A stretch of 64,000 bases of DNA, from positions 1 to 64,000 of the forward strand of contig CAVONQ010000003.1 of the NCBI GenBank assembly GCA_963697335.1, in the 5' to 3' direction. The translations under genes and the position numbers were made by a program. This document shows, one piece after another, positions 61,552 through 64,000 of the stretch. Origin of the DNA: an uncultured cyanobacterium. GTDB lineage: Bacteria; Cyanobacteriota; Cyanobacteriia; PCC-6307; Cyanobiaceae. Below the pieces are notes generated by a model, which had not been told where the DNA came from, did no database searches, and saw only the letters and a list, made by a program, of their open reading frames with translations. Numbering within the stretch: the first letter of the stretch is position 1; each line of letters starts with the position of its first letter.

Positions 61552-63060
61552 TCAGGCTTCCTCGCTGTCTCGGCTGCGCTGCAACTCGGGTCGTAGCAGC
61601 GGAAAGGCGATCACATCGCGGATCGAGGCGCTGTCGGTGAGCAGCATCACCAGGCGGTCGATGCCGATGCCGAGCCCGCCGGTGGGGGGCATGCCCACCT
61701 CCAGGGCCTGGAGAAAATCCTCGTCCACGCCCTGGGCCTCCAGGTCGCCGGCGGCCTTGCGCCGTTGCTGCGCCTCCAGCCGCTGGCGCTGATCCACCGG
61801 ATCGATCAGCTCGCTGAAGGCATTGGCGGTCTCGCGGCCCACGATGAACAGCTCAAAGCGCTCCACCAGGCCCGGCTTGCTGCGGTGGGCCCGGGCCAGG
61901 GGAGAGTTCTCGACCGGGTAATCAAGCACGAAGGTGGGCTGGATCAGGCTCTCCTCCACCCGCTGCTCGAAGGCCTCCACCAGCAGCCGTCCCACCGAAT
62001 CGGCCAGGGCCGGCACCTCGAGGCCCTGGGCGGCCATGGCGGCGGCGGCCTCCTCGCGACTGCCGAAAAGGCTGAAGTCGAGGCCGGTGGCCTGCTGCAC
62101 GAGCTCGTGCATGGTGGCCCGCCGCCAGGGGGGCGTGATGTCGATCGTGGTGCCCTGGTAGGGGATCACGGTGCTGCCGCACACCTCCTGGCAGACATGG
62201 GCGATCAACGCCTCGGTGAGTTCCATCATGTCGGTGTAGTCGGCGTAGGCCTGGTACACCTCCACCGAGGTGAACTCCGGGTTGTGGCGGGTGCTCACCC
62301 CCTCGTTGCGGAAGATGCGGCCCAGCTCGTAGACCCGCTCGAAGCCGCCCACCACCAGGCGCTTCAGGTGCAGCTCCGTGGCGATGCGCAGGGTGAGCGG
62401 CAGGTCGAGGGTGTTGTGGTGGGTCTCGAAGGGGCGGGCATCGGCGCCGCCGGGCTGGCTCTGCAGCACCGGGGTCTCGATCTCGAAGAAGCCGCGCTCG
62501 TCGAGCCAGCGGCGCAGGGCGCCGATCGCCCTGGCCCGGCGCCGGAAGGTCTCGCGGGTGTGGGGGGAGACGATCAGATCGAGGTAGCGCTGGCGGTAGC
62601 GCTTCTCCACGTCCGCCAGGCCGTGCCACTTGTCCGGCAGGGGCTGCAGGGCCTTGCAGAGCATGGTCCAGCCCGTCACCTTCACCGAGAGCTCGCCCCG
62701 GTCGGTACGGCGCAGGCCGCCCTCCACGCCGATCAGATCGCCGGCATCCACCAGGGTGGTGAGCTGCTGGAAGGCCTCGGGGTCGCTGGCCGCCAGGGTG
62801 GCCTTGTCGATGAAGAGCTGAATCACCCCGCTCTCATCCGCCAGGGTGAAGAAGGCGAGCTTGCCCATCACCCGGCGGGTCATCACCCGCCCGGCCACAC
62901 ACACGGGCGTCCCATCCTCGGCGCCGTTGGCCAGGTCGGCGTAGGTGACCTGCAGATCGGCCGTGCGGTGGGTGGGGGCAAAACGCAGCGCGTAGGGCCC
63001 CTTGCCGAGCTCCGCCAGGGTATGGGCCTTCTCCAGGCGGGTCTTGCGCAGCTCCGACAC
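61552..63060 (-). CDS. lysS: Lysine--tRNA ligase (class II)
   Basis: [64 protein letters not shown]. Confidence 0.99.
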   Translation of the reverse strand: MSELRKTRLEKAHTLAELGKGPYALRFAPTHRTADLQVTYADLANGAEDGTPVCVAGRVMTRRVMGKLAFFTLADESGVIQLFIDKATLAASDPEAFQQLTTLVDAGDLIGVEGGLRRTDRGELSVKVTGWTMLCKALQPLPDKWHGLADVEKRYRQRYLDLIVSPHTRETFRRRARAIGALRRWLDERGFFEIETPVLQSQPGGADARPFETHHNTLDLPLTLRIATELHLKRLVVGGFERVYELGRIFRNEGVSTRHNPEFTSVEVYQAYADYTDMMELTEALIAHVCQEVCGSTVIPYQGTTIDITPPWRRATMHELVQQATGLDFSLFGSREEAAAAMAAQGLEVPALADSVGRLLVEAFEQRVEESLIQPTFVLDYPVENSPLARAHRSKPGLVERFELFIVGRETANAFSELIDPVDQRQRLEAQQRRKAAGDLEAQGVDEDFLQALEVGMPPTGGLGIGIDRLVMLLTDSASIRDVIAFPLLRPELQRSRDSEEA

Positions 63061-63121
63061 GGGGGATGGGGATCTCAGCTGGCAGCCATCCTGCAGGAGA
63101 GGAGCTCAGCCCCGGCTGGAA

Positions 63122-63886
63122 TCAGCCCGCGGCGCTGAGGCCCATCTCGCCGAGGCGCTGGGAGGCGTAGCCGGTGCCCCGCACCGTGAGGATCAGCTCG
63201 GGGTTGCGGGGATCGGGCTCGAGCTTGCCGCGCAGCCGCGCCACGTAGACATCAACCACCCGCAGGTCAGCGGCGCGGCGCGGCGGATAGCCCCACAGCT
63301 GCTCGAGGATCTCGGCCCGGGGCACAACGCGGCCGGGTTCCCGGAACAGCAGCTCCAGCAGGCTGAACTCGGTGTAGGTGAGGGCGATGCGGTCGCCTTC
63401 GCGGGTCACCTGGCGGCGGTTGGTGTCCACCACCAGGTCTCCGAGCCGCAGCACACCGCTGCCACTGGGCATCTCCCGCGGCTCACTGGCGGCCGAGCCC
63501 CGGCCCACCCGCCGCAGGATCGTGGCGATGCGTGCCTCGAGTTCCTTGGGACTGAAGGGCTTGGGCAGGTAGTCGTCGGCGCCGAGGTCGAGGCCGGACA
63601 CCCGCTCAGCGATGGCATCGAGGGCCGAGAGAAAAATGATCGGCACGCACGACTCAGCCCGCAGCCGCCGGCAGACGGCGAAACCGTCCAGCTTGGGCAG
63701 CATCACATCGAGCACCACCAGATCGGGCTGCTCCTGGTGAAAGAGGCTGAGGGCCTCTTCGCCGTCCTCGGCGCAGATGACGCGGTAGCCGGCGAGCTGC
63801 AGGCGCATCAGCAGCACCCGGCGCACGGCCGCCTCGTCGTCGACTACGAGCAGCGTGGCCTTGGGCTCCGCTGGCGTGATCGACAT
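63122..63886 (-). CDS. srrA: OmpR-family response regulator, RpaB paralogue (SrrA-like)
   Basis: VVDDE, LDVMLPKLDG, GADDY.KPF, wHTH with RVVDVYVARLRGKLEPDPRNPELILTVRG, which differs from canonical RpaB VVDVHISRLR. Start uncertain. Confidence 0.75.
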   Translation of the reverse strand: MSITPAEPKATLLVVDDEAAVRRVLLMRLQLAGYRVICAEDGEEALSLFHQEQPDLVVLDVMLPKLDGFAVCRRLRAESCVPIIFLSALDAIAERVSGLDLGADDYLPKPFSPKELEARIATILRRVGRGSAASEPREMPSGSGVLRLGDLVVDTNRRQVTREGDRIALTYTEFSLLELLFREPGRVVPRAEILEQLWGYPPRRAADLRVVDVYVARLRGKLEPDPRNPELILTVRGTGYASQRLGEMGLSAAG

Positions 63887-64000
63887 GTCCGCGGAGGGCA
63901 TGGGCGCAGCGCCTAGGGGATGAAGAATCGCAACCATACCCCTGAGGGAGGGGTTCGGTCATCCCCCAGATCGGCTCCTGGAGCGCCGTTCTGCCCATGC

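Noticed and set aside
63122..63886. Calling the response regulator RpaB
   Set aside because: The recognition helix reads VDVYVARLRGK rather than RpaB's VDVHISRLRAK, which fits the paralogue SrrA better.

Overview
High-GC picocyanobacterial chromosome segment (Cyanobium/Synechococcus-like, judged from gene content and protein sequences). It is mostly core genome (kdsC-kdsA-kpsF, selD, murG, pgk, relA/spoT, mnmE, nadC, argS, thiC with TPP riboswitch, ruvB, smpB, cysK, egtBD, lysS). Accessory content: (1) a nested IS structure at the left end, where a complete IS110 sits inside an ISAs1 (17-bp TIRs, 10-bp TSD) at the transposase's A/T-run. The IS110's ~275-bp non-coding left end can fold into stems and carries short segments matching both its insertion site and its own ends, as expected for a bridge/seek RNA. 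(2) A [12 protein letters not shown] cyclophane (triceptide) RiPP cluster whose precursor has 12-13 aromatic-X-Asn motifs. (3) A complete glucosylglycerol osmoadaptation cluster (ggpS, ABC importer, TreS-like GH13, glpD, glpK, stpA) with a near-consensus promoter and palindromic operator candidates. (4) A polysaccharide-lyase-like gene behind an NtcA-type promoter. (5) A low-GC islet between relA and DUF2062/mnmE. (6) Convergent feoA/feoB. All family calls come from motif recognition by eye; no searches or folding programs were run.
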